This document shows positions 28,801 through 45,800 of a DNA stretch of 64,000 bases, in pieces; within the stretch, counting starts at the first letter, position 1; each line of letters begins with the position of its first letter. A program made the translations under genes and the position numbers. The notes beneath the pieces were generated by a model that had not been told where the DNA came from, ran no database searches, and worked only from the letters and a program-made list of their open reading frames with translations. The DNA is from Eledone cirrhosa (Eukaryota), in NCBI GenBank assembly GCA_964016885.1, contig OZ024755.1, positions 44,206,001 through 44,270,000 of the forward strand, given 5' to 3'.

Positions 28801-31800
28801 GACAGTTGACAGTACCAACATATACTGTGTACCACAGTTGAGAGTACCAACATAAACTGTGTACCATAGTTGACAGTACCAACATATACTGTGTACCACA
28901 GTTGACAGTACCAACATATACTGTGTACCACAGTTGACAGTACCAACATATACTGTATACCACAGTTGACAGTACCAACATATACTGTGTACCACAGTTG
29001 ACAGTACCAACATATACTGTGTACCACAGTTGACAGTACCAACATATACTGTGTACCACAGTTGACAGTACTAACATATACTGTGTACTACAGTTGACAG
29101 TACCAACATATACTGTGTACCACAGTTGACAGTACCAACATGTACTGTGTACCACAGTTGACAGTACCAACATATACTGTGTACCACAGTTGGCAGTACC
29201 AACATATAATGTGTACCTCAGTTGTCAGTACCAACATATACTGTGTACCACAGTTGACAGTACCAACGTATACTGTGTACCACAGTTGACAGTACCAACG
29301 TATACTGTGTACCACCGCTGACAGTACCAATATATACTGTGTAACACAGTTGACAATACCAACATATAATGTGTACCACAGTTGACAGTACCAACGTATA
29401 CTGTGTACCACTGTTGACAATACTAACATATACTGTGTACCACAGTTGACAGTACCAACATATACAGTGTACCACAGTTGACAGTACCAACATATAATGT
29501 GTACCACAGTTGACAGTACCAACGTATACTGTGTACCACTTTTGACAGTACCAACATATACTGTGTACCACAGTTGACAGTACCAACATATACTGTGTGC
29601 CACTGTTGACATTACCAACATATAGCGTTTCCCACAGTTGACAGTACCAACATATACAATGTACCTCTGTTGACAGTACCAACATATACTGTGTACCAGA
29701 GTTGACAGTACCAACATGTACCGTGTACCACAGTTGACAGTACCAACGTATACTGTGTACCACAGTTGACAATACCAACATATACTGTGTACCACAGTTG
29801 AAAGTACCAACGGATACTTTGTACCACAGTTGACAGAAACAACATATACTGTGTACCACAGTTGACAGTACCAACGTATACTGTGTACCAGAGTTGACAA
29901 TACCAACATATACTGTGTACCACAGTTGACAGTACCAACATATACTGTATACCACAGTTGACAGAACCAACATATACTGTGTACCACAGTTGACAGTACC
30001 AACATATACTGTGTACCACAGTTCACAGTACCAACATATACTGTATACCACAGTTGACAGTACCAACATATACTGTGTACCACTGTTGACAGTACCAACA
30101 TATACCGTGTACCACAGTTGACAGTACCAACATATACTGTGTACCACAGCTGACACTACCAACATATACTTGTACCTCAGTTGACAGTACTACCATATAT
30201 TGTGTACCACCGTTGACAATACCAACGTATACTGTGTACCACAGTTGACAGTACCAACACATATAGTGTACCACAGTTGACAGTACCAACGTATACTGTG
30301 TACCACAGTTGCCAATGCCAACATATACTGTGTACCACAGTTGAGAGTACCAACATATACTGTGTAACACAGTTGACAGTACCAACATATACTGTGTACC
30401 ACAGTTGACAGTACCAACATATACTGTGTACCACAGTTGACAGTACCAATGTATACTGTGTACCACTGTTGACAGTAGCAAAATATACTGTGTACCACAG
30501 TTGACAGTACCAACGTATACTGTGTACCACTGGTGACAGTACCAACATATAACGTGTACCACAGTTGGCAGTACCATCATATACTGTGTACCACAGTTGA
30601 CAGTACCAACATATACTGTGTACCACAGTTGACAGTACCAACATATACTGTGTACCATAGCTGACATTACCAACGTATATTGTGTACCACAGTTGACAGT
30701 ACCAACATACACCGTGTACGACAGTTGACAGTACCAACATATACTGTGTACCACAGTTGAGAGTACCAACATAAACTGTGTACCACAGTTGACAGTACCA
30801 ACATATACTGTGTACCACAGTTGACAGTACCAACATATACTGTATACCACAGTTGACAGTACCAACACATACAGTGTACCACAGTTGACAGTACCAACAT
30901 ATACTGTGTACCACAGTTGACAGTACCAACATATACTGTGTACCAGAGTTGACAGTACCAACATATACTGTGTACCACAGTTGACAGTACTAACATATAC
31001 TGTGTACCACAGTTGACAGTACCAACATGTACTGTGTACCACAGTTGACAGTACCAACATATACTGTGTACCACAGTTGGCAGTACCGACATATACTGTG
31101 TACCTCAGTTGACAGTACCAACATATACTGTGTACCACAGTTGACAGTACCAACGTATATTGTGTACCACAGTTGACAGTACCAACGTATACTGTGTACC
31201 ACTGTTGACAATACCAACATATACTGTGTACCACAGTTCACAGTACCAACGTATACTGTGTACCACATTTGACAGTACCAACATATACTGTGTACCACAG
31301 TTCACAGTACCAACATATACTGTGTACCACTGTTGACAGTACCAACATATACCGTGTACCACAGTTGTCAGTACCAACATATACTGTGTAGCACTGTTGA
31401 CAGTACCAACATATACTGTATACCACAGTTGACAGGACCAACATATACTGTGTACCACTGTTGACAGTACCAACATATACTGTGTACCACAGTTGACAGT
31501 ACCAACATATACTGTATACCACAGTTGACAGTACCAACATATACTGGGTACCACAGTTGACAGTACCAACATATACTGTGTACCATAGTTGACAGTACCA
31601 ACGTATATTGTGTACCACAGTTGAGAGTACCAACATACACCGTGTACGACAGTTGACAGTACCAACATATACTGTGTACCACAGTTGAGAGTACCAACAT
31701 ATACTGTGTACCACAGTTGACAGTACCAACATATACTGTGTACCACAGTTGACAGTACCAACATATACTGTGTACCACACTTGACAGTACCAACATATAC

Positions 31801-34800
31801 TGTATACCACAGTTAACAGTACCAACATATACTGTGTACCACAGTTGACAGTACCAACATATACTGCGTACCACAGTTGACAGGACTAACATATACTGTG
31901 TACTACAGTTGACAGTACCAACATATACTGTGTACCACAGTTGACAGTACCAACATATACTGTGTACCACAGTTGACAATACTAACATATACTGTGTACC
32001 ACAGTTGGCAGTACCAACATATACTGTGTACCTCAGTTGACAGTACCAACATATAGTGTGTACCACAGTTGACAATACCAACATAAACTGTGTACCACAG
32101 TTGACAGTACCAACATATACTGTGTACCACAGTTGACAGTACCAACATATACTGTGTAACTCAGTTAACAGTACCCACATATTCTGTGTATCAGAGTTGA
32201 CAGTACCAACATATACTGTGTACCACAGTTGACAGTACCAACATATACTGTGTACCTCAGTTAACAGTACCCACATATACTGTGTATCAGAGTTGACAGT
32301 ACCAACATATACTGTGTATCACAGTTGACAGTACCAACATATACTGTGTACCAAAGTGTACACTAACAACATATACTGTGTACCACAGTTGACAGTACCA
32401 ACATATACTGTGTACCACAGTTGACAGTACCATCATATACTGTGTACCACATTTGACAGTACCAACGTATACTGTGTACCACAGTTGACAGTACCATCGT
32501 ATACTGTGTACCACAGTTGATAGTACCAACGTATACTGTGTATCAGAGTTGACAGTACCAACATATACTCTGTACCACAGTTGACAGTACCAAAATATAC
32601 TGTGTACCACAGCTGACACTACCAACATATACTTGTAACTCTGTTGACGGTACTAACATATACTGTGTACCACAGTTGACGGTACCAACGTATACTGTGT
32701 ACCACAGTTGAAAGTACCAACGTATCCTGTGTACCACAGTTGACAGTACCAACATATACTGTGTACCACAGTTGACAATACCAACATATACTGTGTACCA
32801 CAGTTGACAGTACCAACGTATACTGTGTACCATTGTTGACAATACCAACATATACTGTGTACCACAGTTGACAGTACCAACATATACAGTGTACCACAGT
32901 TGACAGTACCAACATATACTGTGTACCACAGTTGACAGTACCAACATATACTGTGTACCACAGTTGACAGTACCAACATATACTGGGTGCCACTTTTCAC
33001 AGTACCAACATATACTGTGTACCACAGTTGACAATGCCATCATATAGTGTGTACCACAGTTGACAGTACCAACATATACTGTGTACCACAGTTGACAGTA
33101 CCAACATATACTGTGTACCACAGTTGACAGTACCAACGTATACTGTGTACCACAGTTGACAATACCAACATATACTATGTACCGCAGTTGACAGTACCAA
33201 CATATACTGTATACCACAGTTGACAGTACCAACATATACTGTGTACCAGAGTTGACAGTACCAACATATACTGTGTACCACAGTTGACAGTACCAACATA
33301 TACTGTATACCACAGTTAACAGTACCAACATATACTGTGTACCACTGTTGACAGTACCAACACATACCGTGTACCACAGTTGACAGTACCAACATATACT
33401 GTGTACCACAGCTGACACTACCAACATATAGTTGTACCTCAGTTGACAGTACTACCATATATTGTGTACCACCGTTGACAATACCAACGTATACTGTGTA
33501 CCACAGTTGACAGTACCAACGTATACTGTGTACCACAGTTGACAGTACCAACATATACTGTGTACCACAGCTGACAATACCAGCATATACTGTTTACCAC
33601 AGTTGACAGTACCAACGTATACTGTGTACCACAGTTGCCAATGCCAAAATATACTGTGTACCACAGTTGACAGTACCAACGTATACTGTGTACCACAGTT
33701 GACAGTACCAACGTATATTGTGTACCACAGTTGACAGTACAAACATACACTGTGTAGGACAGTTGACAGTACCAACATATACTGTGTACCACAGTTGAGA
33801 GTACCAACATAAACTGTGTACCACAGTTGACAGTACCAACATATACTGTGTACCACAGTTGATAGTACCAACATATACTGTGTACCACAGTTGACAGTAC
33901 CAACATATACTGTATACCACAGTTGACAGTACCAACATATACTGTGTACCACAGTTGACAGTACCAACATATACTGTGTACCACAGTTGACAGTACCAAC
34001 ATATACTGTGTACCACAGTTGACAGTACCAACATATAATGTGTACCACAGTTGACAGTACTAACATATACTGTCTACTACAGTTGACAGTACCAACATAT
34101 ACTGTGTACCACAGTTGACAGTACCAACATGGACTGTGTACCACAGTTGACAGTGCCAACATATACTGTGTACCACATTTGGCAGTACCAACATATACTG
34201 TGTACCTCAGTTGACAGTACCAACATATATTGTGTACCAAAGTTGACAGTACCAACGTATACTGTGTACCACAGTTGACAGTACCAACGTATATTGTGTA
34301 CCACAGTTGACAGTACCAACATATACAGTGTACCACAGTTGACAGTACCAACATATACTGTGTACCACAGTTGACAGTACCAACATATACTGTGTACCAC
34401 AGTTGACAGTACCAACATGTAACGTGAACCACAGTTGACAGTACCAACGTATACTGTGTACCACAGTTGAGAGTAACAACGTATAGTGTGTACCACAGTT
34501 GACAGTACCAACATATACTGTGTACCACAGTTGACAGTACCAACATATACTGTGTACCGCAGTTCACAGGACCAACGTATACTGTGTACCACATTTGACA
34601 GTACCAACATATACTGTGTACCACAGTTGACAGTACCAACATATACTGTGTACCACCGTTGACAGTACCAACATATACCGTGTACCACAGTTGACAGTAC
34701 CAACATATACTGTGTACCACTGTTGACAGTACCAACATATACTGTGTACCACAGCTGACAGTACCAACATATACTGTATACCACAGTTGACAGTACCAAC

Positions 34801-35420
34801 ATATACTGTGTACCACAGTTGACAGTACCAACATATACTGTGTACCACAGTTGACTGTACCAACATATACTGTGTACCACAGTTGACAGTACCAATGTAT
34901 ACTGTGTACCACTGTTGACAGTACCAACATATACTGTGTACCACAGTTGACAGTAGCAACGTATACTGTGTACCACAGTTGACAGTTCCAACATATAACG
35001 TGTACCACAGTTGGCAGTACCATCATATACTGTGTACCACAGTTGACAGTACCAACATATACTGGGTACCACAGTTGACAGTACCAACGTATATTGTGTA
35101 CCACAGTTGACAGTAGCAACGTATACTGTGTACCACAGTTGACAGTTCCAACATATAACGTGTACCACAGTTGGCAGTACCATCATATACTGTGTACCAC
35201 AGTTAACAGTACCAACATATACTGTGTACCATAATTGACAGTACCAACGTATATTGTGTACAACAGTTGTCAGTACCAACATACACCGTGTACGACAGTT
35301 GACAGTACCAACATATACTGTGTACCACAGTTGAGAGTACCAACATATACTGTGTACCACAGTTGACAGTACCAACATATACTGTGTACCACAGTTGAGA
35401 GTACCAACATATACTGTGTA
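13810..35420 (+). repeat. Sub-family/domain B: ~9.2 kb higher-order unit present twice (~13.8-23.0 kb and ~26.1-35.4 kb), separated by a 3,072-bp duplication spanning their junction
   Basis: Matching ORF pairs: 14197..14598 / 23410..23811 (+9213), 14316..15476 / 26600..27760 and 15172..15927 / 27456..28211 (+12284), 17443..18198 / 30177..30932 (+12734), 19650..19991 / 32287..32628 (+12637), 21794..22066 / 34207..34479 (+12413). The marker CATACACCGTGTACGACAG first appears at ~13878. Confidence 0.8.
21025..27167 (+). repeat. Recent tandem duplication of 3,072 bp (96 monomers)
   Basis: GCTGACAATACCAGCATATACTGTTTACC occurs at 21029 and 24101. ORF pairs 21664..22965 / 24736..26037, 22151..22546 / 25223..25618 and 23023..23349 / 26095..26421 are all offset by 3072, and by 3071 after a 1-bp deletion near 26590. 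Confidence 0.9.
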
Positions 35421-35549
35421 CCTCAGTTGACAGTACCAACATATACTGTGTACCACAGTTGACAGTACCAACGTATACTGTGTACCACAGTTGAAAGTAT
35501 CTATATATACTGTGTACCACAGTTGACAGTACCAACATATACAGTGTAC

Positions 35550-38500
35550 CACAGTTGACAGTACCATCATATACTGTGTACCACAGTTGACAGTACCAAC
35601 ATATACTGTGTACCACAGTTGACAGTACCAACGTATACTGTGTACCACAGTTGACAGTACCAACGTATATTGTGTACCACAGTTGACAGTACCAACATAT
35701 ACTGTGTACGACAGTTGACAATACCAACATATACTGTGTACCACAGTTGACAGTACCAAGGTATACTGTGTACCACTGTTGACAATACCAACATATAATG
35801 TGTACCACAGTTCACAGTACCAACATATACAATGTACCACAATTGACAGTACCAACATATACTCTGTACCACAGTTGACAGTACCAACATATAATGTGTA
35901 CCACAATTGACAGTACCAACATGTACCGTGTACGACAGTTGACAGTACCAATGTATACTGTGTACCACTGTTGACAGTACCAACATATACTGTGTACCAC
36001 AGTTGACAATACCAACATATACTGTGTACCACAGTTGAAAGTACCAACGTATACTGTGTACCACAGTTGACAGTACCAACATATACTGTGTACCACAGTT
36101 GACAGTACAAACGTATACTGTGTACCACAGTTGACAATACCAACATATACTGTGTACCACAGTTGACAGTACCAACATATACTGTATACCACAGTTGACA
36201 GTACCAACATATACTGTGTACCACAGTTGACAGTACCAACATATACTGTATACCACATTTGACAGTACCAACAAATACTGTGTACCACATTTGACAATAC
36301 CAACATATACTGTTTACCACAGTTGACAGTACCAACGTATACAGTGTACCACAGTTGACAGTACCAACATATACTGTGTACCACAGTTGACAGTACCAAC
36401 ATATACTGTGTACCACAGTTGACAGTACCAACATATACTGTGTACCACAGTTGACAGTACCGACATATACTGTGTACCACAGTTGACAGTACCAATGTAT
36501 ACTGTGTACCACAGTTGACAGTACCAACGTATACTGTGTACCACAGTTGACAGTACCAACATATAACGTGTACCACAGTTGGCAGTACCATCATATAACG
36601 TGTACGACAGTTGACAGTACCAAGATATAGTGTGTACCACAGTTGAGTGTACCAACATAAACTGTGTACCACAGTTGACCGTACCAACATATACTGTATA
36701 CCACAGTTGACAGTACCAACATATACTGTGTACCACAGTTGACAGTACCAACATATACTGTGTACCACAGTTGACAGTACCAACATATACTGTGTACCAC
36801 AGTTGACAGTACCAACATATACTGTGTACCACAGTTGACAGTACCAACATGTACCGTGAACCACAGTTGATAGTACCAACGTATACTGTGTACCACAGTT
36901 GACAGTGCCAACATATACTGTGTACCACATTTGGCAGTACCAACATATACTGTGTACCTCAGTTGACAGTACCAACATATATTGTGTACCAAAGTTGACA
37001 GTACCAACGTATACTGTGTACCACAGTTGACAGTACCAACGTATATTGTGTACCACAGTTGACAGTACCAACATATACAGTGTACCACAGTTGACAGTAC
37101 CAACATATACTGTGTACCACAGTTGACAGTACCAACATATACTGTGTACCACAGTTGACAGTACCAACATGTACCGTGAACCACAGTTGACAGTACCAAC
37201 ATATACTGTGTACCACTGTTGACAGTACCAACATATACCGTGTACCACAGATGACAGTACCAACATATACTGTGTACCACTGTTGACAGTACCAACATAT
37301 ACTGTGTACCACAGTTGACAGTACCAACATATACTGTATATCACAGTTGACAGTACCAACATATACTGTGTACCACAGTTGACAGTACCAACATATACTG
37401 TGTACCACATTTGACTGTACCAACATATAGTGTATACCACAGTTGACAGTACCAACATATACTGTGCACCACTGTTGACAGTACCAACATATACCGTGTA
37501 CCACAGTTGACAGTACCAACATATACTGTGTACCACAGCTGACACTACCAAAATATACTTGTACCTCAGTTGACAGTACTAACGTATTGTGTACCACCGT
37601 TGACAGTACCAACGTATACTGTGTACCACATTTGACAGTACCAACGTATATTGTGTACCACAGTTGACAGTACCAACATATACTGTGTACAACAGTTGAC
37701 AGTACCAACATATACTGTGTACCACAGTTGACAGTACCAACATATACTGTGTACCACAGTTGACAGTAGCAACTTATACTGTGTACCACAGTTGACAGTT
37801 CCAACATATAACGTGTACTACAGTTGGCAGTACCATCATATACTGTGTACCACAGTTGACAGTACCAACATATACTGGGTACCACAGTTGACAGTACCAA
37901 CATATACTGTGTACCATAGTTGACAGTACCAACGTATATTGTGTACCACAGTTGACAGTACAAACATACACCGTGTACGACAGTTGACAGTACCAACATA
38001 TACTGTGTACCACATTTGAGAGTACCAACATATACTGTGTACCACAGTTGACAGTACCAACATATACTGTGTACCACAGTTGACAGTACCAACATATACT
38101 GTGTACCACAGTTGACAGTACCAACATATACTGTATACCACAGTTGACAGTACCAACATATACTGTGTACCACAGTTGACAGTACCAACATATACTGTGT
38201 ACCACAGTTGACAGTAGTAATATATACTGTGTACTACAGTTGACAGTACTAACATATACTGTGTACCACAGTTGACAGTACCAACATATACTGTGTACCA
38301 CAGTTGACAGTACCAACATATACTGTGTACCTCAGTTAACAGTACCCACATATACTGTGTACCACAGTTGACAGTACCAACATATACTGTGTACCACAGT
38401 TGACAGTACCAACATATACTGTGTACCACAGTTGACAGTACCAACATATACTGTGTACCACAGTTAACAGTACCAACATATACTGTGTACCATATTTGAC

Positions 38501-41500
38501 AGTACCAACGTATACTGTGTACCACAGTTGACAGTACCAACGTATACTGTGTACCAGAGTTGACAGTACCAACATATACTGTGTACCACAGTTGACAGTA
38601 CCAAAATATACTGTGTACCACAGCTGACACTACCAACATATACTTGTAACTCTGTTGACAGTACTAACATATACTGTGTACCACAGTTGACAGTACCAAC
38701 GTATACTGTGTACCACAGTTGAAAGTACCAACGTATACTGTGTACCACAGTTGACAGTACCAACATATACTGTGTACCACAGTTGACAGTACCAACGTAT
38801 ACTGTGTACCACTGTTGACAGTACCAACATGTACTGTATACCACAGTTGACAGTACCAACATATACAGTTTACCACAGTTGACAGTACCAACATATACTG
38901 TGTACCACAGTTGACAGTACCAACATATACTGTGTACCACAGCTGACACTACCAACATATACTTGTACCTCAGTTGACAGTACTAACATATACTGTTTAC
39001 CACAGTTGACAGTACCAACGTATACTGTGTTCCACAGTTGACAGTACCAACATATACAATGTACCACATTTGACAGTACCAACATATACTGTGTACCACA
39101 GTTGACAGTACCAACATATACTGTGTACCACAGTTGACAGTACCAACATATACAATGTACCACATTTGACAGTACCAACATATACTGTGTACCACAGTTG
39201 ACAGTACCAACATATACTGTGTACCACAGTTGAGAGTACCAACGTATACTGTGTACCACAGTTGACAGTACCAGCGTATACTGTGTACCACAGTTGACAA
39301 TACCAACATATACTGTGTACCACAGTTGACAGTACCAACGTATACTGTGTACCACAGTTGACAATACCAACATATACTGTGTACCACAGTTGACAGTACC
39401 AACATATACTGTGTACCACAGTTGACAGTACCATCATATACTGTGTACCACAGTTGACAGTACCAACATATACTGTGTACCACAGTTGACAGTACCAACG
39501 TATACTGTGTACCACAGTTGACAGTACCAACGTATATTGTGTACCACAGTTGACAGTACCAACATATACTGTGTACGACAGTTGACAATACCAACATATA
39601 CTGTGTACCACAGTTGACAGTACCAACGTATACTGTGTACCACTGTTGACAATACCAACATATAATGTGTACCACAGTTCACAGTACCAACATATACAAT
39701 GTACCACAATTGACAGTACCAACATATACTGTGTACCACAGTTGACAGTACCAACATATAATGTGTACCACAATTGACAGTACCAACATGTACCGTGTAC
39801 GACAGTTGACAGTACCAATGTATACTGTGTACCACTGTTGACAGTACCAACATATACTGTGTACCACAGTTGACAATACCAACATATACTGTGTACCACG
39901 GTTGAAAGTACCAACGTATACTGTGTACCACAGTTGACAGTACCAACATATACTGTGTACCACATTTGACAGTACAAACGTATACTGTGTACCACAGTTG
40001 ACAATACCAACATATACTGTGTACCACAGTTGACAGTACCAACATATACTGTATACCACAGTTGACAGTACCAACATATACTGTGTACCACAGTTGACAG
40101 TACCAACATATACTGTATACCACATTTGACAGTACCAACAAATACTGTGTACCACATTTGACAATACCAACATATACTGTTTACCACAGTTGACAGTACC
40201 AACGTATACTGTGTACCACAGTTGACAGTACCAACATATACTGTGTACCACAGTTGACAGTACCAACATATACTGTGTACCACAGTTGACAGTACCGACA
40301 TATACTGTGTACCACAGTTGACAGTACCAATGTATACTGTGTACCACAGTTGACAGTACCAACGTATACTGTGTAGCACAGTTGACAGTACCAACATATA
40401 ACGTGTACCACAGTTGGCAGTACCATCATATAACGTGTACGACAGTTGACAGTACCAAGATATAGTGTGTACCACAGTTGAGTGTACCAACATAAACTGT
40501 GTACCACAGTTGACCGTACCAACATATACTGTATACCACAGTTGACAGTACCAACATATACTGTGTACCACAGTTGACAGTACCAACATATACTGTGTAC
40601 CACAGTTGACAGTACCAACATATACTGTCTACCACAGTTGATAGTACTAACATATACTGTGTACTACAGTTAACAGTACCAACATATACTGTGTACCACA
40701 GTTGACAGTACCAACATATACTGTGTACCACAGTTGACAGTACCAACATGTACCGTGAACCACAGTTGATAGTACCAACGTATACTGTGTACCACAGTTG
40801 ACAGTGCCAACATATACTGTGTACCAGATTTGGCAGTACCAACATATACTGTGTACCTCAGTTGACAGTACCAACATATATTGTGTACCAAAGTTGACAG
40901 TACCAACGTATACTGTGTACCACAGTTGACAGTACCAACGTATATTGTGTACCACAGTTGACAGTACCAACATATACAGTGTACCACAGTTGACAGTACC
41001 AACATATACTGTGTACCACAGTTGACAGTACCAACATATACTGTGTACCACAGTTGACAGTACCAACATGTACCGTGAACCACAGTTGACAGTACCAACA
41101 TATACTGTGTACCACTGTTGACAGTACCAACATATACCGTGTACCACAGATGACAGTACCAACATATACTGTGTACCACTGTTGACAGTACCAACATATA
41201 CTGTGTACCACAGTTGACAGTACCAACATATACTGTATATCACAGTTGACAGTACCAACATATACTGTGTACCACAGTTGACAGTACCAACATATACTGT
41301 GTACCACATTTGACTGTACCAACATATAGTGTATACCACAGTTGACAGTACCAACATATACTGTGCACCACTGTTGACAGTACCAACATATACCGTGTAC
41401 CACAGTTGACAGTACCAACATATACTGTGTACCACAGCTGACACTACCAAAATATACTTGTACCTCAGTTGACAGTACTAACGTATTGTGTACCACCGTT

Positions 41501-43315
41501 GACAGTACCAACGTATACTGTGTACCACATTTGACAGTACCAACGTATATTGTGTACCACAGTTGACAGTACCAACATATACTGTGTACAACAGTTGACA
41601 GTACCAACATATACTGTGTACCACAGTTGACAGTACCAACATATACTGTGTACCACAGTTGACAGTAGCAACTTATACTGTGTACCACAGTTGACAGTTC
41701 CAACATATAACGTGTACTACAGTTGGCAGTACCATCATATACTGTGTACCACAGTTGACAGTACCAACATATACTGGGTACCACAGTTGACAGTACCAAC
41801 ATATACTGTGTACCATAGTTGACAGTACCAACGTATATTGTGTACCACAGTTGACAGTACAAACATACACCGTGTACGACAGTTGACAGTACCAACATAT
41901 ACTGTGTACCACATTTGAGAGTACCAACATATACTGTGTACCACAGTTGACAGTACCAACATATACTGTGTACCACAGTTGACAGTACCAACATATACTG
42001 TGTACCACAGTTGACAGTACCAACATATACTGTATACCACAGTTGACAGTACCAACATATACTGTGTACCACAGTTGACAGTACCAACATATACTGTGTA
42101 CCACAGTTGACAGTAGTAATATATACTGTGTACTACAGTTGACAGTACTAACATATACTGTGTACCACAGTTGACAGTACCAACATATACTGTGTACCAC
42201 AGTTGACAGTACCAACATATACTGTGTACCTCAGTTAACAGTACCCACATATACTGTGTACCACAGTTGACAGTACCAACATATACTGTGTACCACAGTT
42301 GACAGTACCAACATATACTGTGTACCACAGTTGACAGTACCAACATATACTGTGTACCACAGTTAACAGTACCAACATATACTGTGTACCATATTTGACA
42401 GTACCAACGTATACTGTGTACCACAGTTGACAGTACCAACGTATACTGTGTACCAGAGTTGACAGTACCAACATATACTGTGTACCACAGTTGACAGTAC
42501 CAAAATATACTGTGTACCACAGCTGACACTACCAACATATACTTGTAACTCTGTTGACAGTACTAACATATACTGTGTACCACAGTTGACAGTACCAACG
42601 TATACTGTGTACCACAGTTGAAAGTACCAACGTATACTGTGTACCACAGTTGACAGTACCAACATATACTGTGTACCACAGTTGACAGTACCAACGTATA
42701 CTGTGTACCACTGTTGACAGTACCAACATATACTGTATACCACAGTTGACAGTACCAACATATACAGTTTACCACAGTTGACAGTACCAACATATACTGT
42801 GTACCACAGTTGACAGTACCAACATATACTGTGTACCACAGCTGACACTACCAACATATACTTGTACCTCAGTTGACAGTACTAACATATACTGTTTACC
42901 ACAGTTGACAGTACCAACGTATACTGTGTTCCACAGTTGACAGTACCAACATATACAATGTACCACATTTGACAGTACCAACATATACTGTGTACCACAG
43001 TTGACAGTACCAACATATACTGTGTACCACAGTTGACAGTACCAACATATACAATGTACCACATTTGACAGTACCAACATATACTGTGTACCACAGTTGA
43101 CAGTACCAACATATACTGTGTACCACAGTTGAGAGTACCAACGTATACTGTGTACCACAGTTGACAGTACCAGCGTATACTGTGTACCACAGTTGACAAT
43201 ACCAACATATACTGTGTACCACAGTTGACAGTACCAACGTATACTGTGTACCACAGTTGACAATACCAACATATACTGTGTACCACAGTTGACAGTACCA
43301 ACATATACTGTGTAC
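35550..43315 (+). repeat. Recent tandem duplication of ~3.9 kb (offsets 3867 then 3899 bp)
   Basis: ORF pairs 35567..36274 / 39434..40141 (+3867), and 36959..38191 / 40858..42090, 37566..37772 / 41465..41671 and 37836..38639 / 41735..42538 (+3899), have identical or nearly identical translations. Both copies share a 30-bp monomer (AACGTATTGTG at 37581 and 41480). Confidence 0.9.
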
Positions 43316-44339
43316 CACAGTTGACAGTACCAACATATACTGTGTACCACAGTTGACAGTACCAACATATACTGTGTACCACAGTTGATAGTACCAACAT
43401 ATACTGTGTACCACAGTTGACAGTACCAACATATACTGTGTACCACAGTTGATAGTACCAACATATACTGTGTACCACAGTTGACAGTACCAACATATAC
43501 TGTGTACCACAGTTGACAGTACCAACATATACTGTGTACCACAGCTGACACTACCAACATAAACCGTGTACGACAGTTGACAGTACCAACATATACTGTG
43601 TACCACAGTTGAAAGTACGAACATAAACTGTGTACCACAGTTGACAGTACCAACATATACTGTGTACCACAGTTGACAGTACCAACATATACTGTGTACC
43701 ACAGTTGACCGTAGCAACATATACTGTATACCACAGTTGACAGTACTAACATATACTGTGTACCACAGTTGACAGTACCAACATATACTGTGTACCACAG
43801 TTGACAGTACCAACATATACTGTGTACCACAGTTGACAGTACTAACATATACTGTGTACTACAGTTGACAGTACCAACATATACTGTGTACCACAGTTGA
43901 CAGTACCAACATATACTGTGTACCACAGTTGACAGTACCAACATGTACCGTGAACCACAGTTGACAGTACCAACGTATACTGTGTACCACAGTTGACAGT
44001 GCCAACATATACTGTGTACCACATTTGGCAGTACCAACATAGACTGTGTACCACAGTTGACAGTACCAACATATACTGGGTACCACAGTTGACAGTACCA
44101 ACATATACTGTGTACCATAGTTGACAGTACCAACGTATATTGTGTACCACAGTTGACAGTACAAACATACACCGTGTACGACAGTTGACAGTACCAACAT
44201 ATACTCTGTACAACAGTTGACAGTACCAACATATACTGTGTACCACAGTTGACAGTACCAACATATACTGTGTACCACAGTTGACAGTACCAATGTATAC
44301 TGTGTACCACTGTTGATAGTACCAACATATACTGTGTAC

Positions 44340-45800
44340 CACAGTTGACAGTAGCAACGTATACTGTGTACCACAGTTGACAGTTACAACATATAACGTG
44401 TACTACAGTTGGCAGTACCATCATATACTGTGTACCACAGTTGACAGTACCAACATATACTGGGTACCACAGTTGACAGTACCAACATATACTGTGTACC
44501 ATAGTTGACAGTACCAACGTATATTGTGTACCACAGTTGACAGTACAAACATACACCGTGTACGACAGTTGACAGTACCAACATATACTGTGTACCACAG
44601 TTGAGAGTACCAACATATACTGTGTACCACAGTTGACAGTACCAACATATACTGTGTACCACAGTTGACAGTACCAACATATACTGTGTACCACAGTTGA
44701 CAGTACCAACATATACTGTATACCACAGTTGACAGTACCAACATATACTGTGTACCACAGTTGACAGTACCAACATATACTGTGTACCACAGTTGACAGT
44801 AGTAATATATACTGTGTACTACAGTTGACAGTACCAACATATACTGTGTACCACAGTTGACAGTACCAACATATACTGTGTACCACAGTTGACAGTACCA
44901 ACATATACTGTGTACCTCAGTTAACAGTACCCACATATACTGTGTACCACAGTTGACAGTACCAACATATACTTGTACCACAGTTGACAGTACCAACATA
45001 TACTGTGTACCACAGTTGACAGTACCAACATATACTGTGTACCACAGTTAACAGAACCAACATATACTGTGTACCATATTTGACAGTACCAACGTATACT
45101 GTGTACCACAGTTGACAGTACCAACGTATACTGTGTACCAGAGTTGACAGTACCAACATATACTGTGTACCACAGTTGACAGTACCAAAATATACTGTGT
45201 ACCACAGCTGACATTACCAACATATACTTGTAACTCTGTTGACAGTACTAACATATACTGTGTACCACAGTTGACAGTACCAACGTATACTGTGTACCAC
45301 AGTTGAAAGTACCAACGTATACTGTGTACCACAGTTGACAGTACCAACATATACTGTGTACCACAGTTGACAGTACCAACGTATACTGTGTACCATTGTT
45401 GACAGTACCAGCATATACTGTATACCACAGTTGACAGTACCAACATATACAGTTTACCACAGTTGACAGTACCAACATATACTGTGTACCACAGTTGACA
45501 GTACCAACATATACTGTGTACCACAGCTGACACTACCAACATATACTTGTACCTCAGTTGACAGTACTAACATATACTGTATACCACAGTTGACAGTACC
45601 AACGTATATTGTGTTCCACAGTTGACAGTACCAACATATACAATGTACCACATTTGACAGTACCAACATATACTGTGTACCACAGTTGACAGTACCAACA
45701 TATACTGTGTACCACAGTTGACAGTACCAACATATACAATGTACCACATTTGACAGTACCAACATATACTGTGTACCACAGTTGACAGTACCAACATATA
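44340..45800 (+). repeat. Third partial copy of the 3.9-kb unit
   Basis: ORF pairs 42363..42857 / 45048..45542 and 42529..42729 / 45214..45414 are offset by 2685. Shared variants are AGTAGTAATATAT (38212, 42112, 44798) and TACTTGTAACTCTG. Confidence 0.75.
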
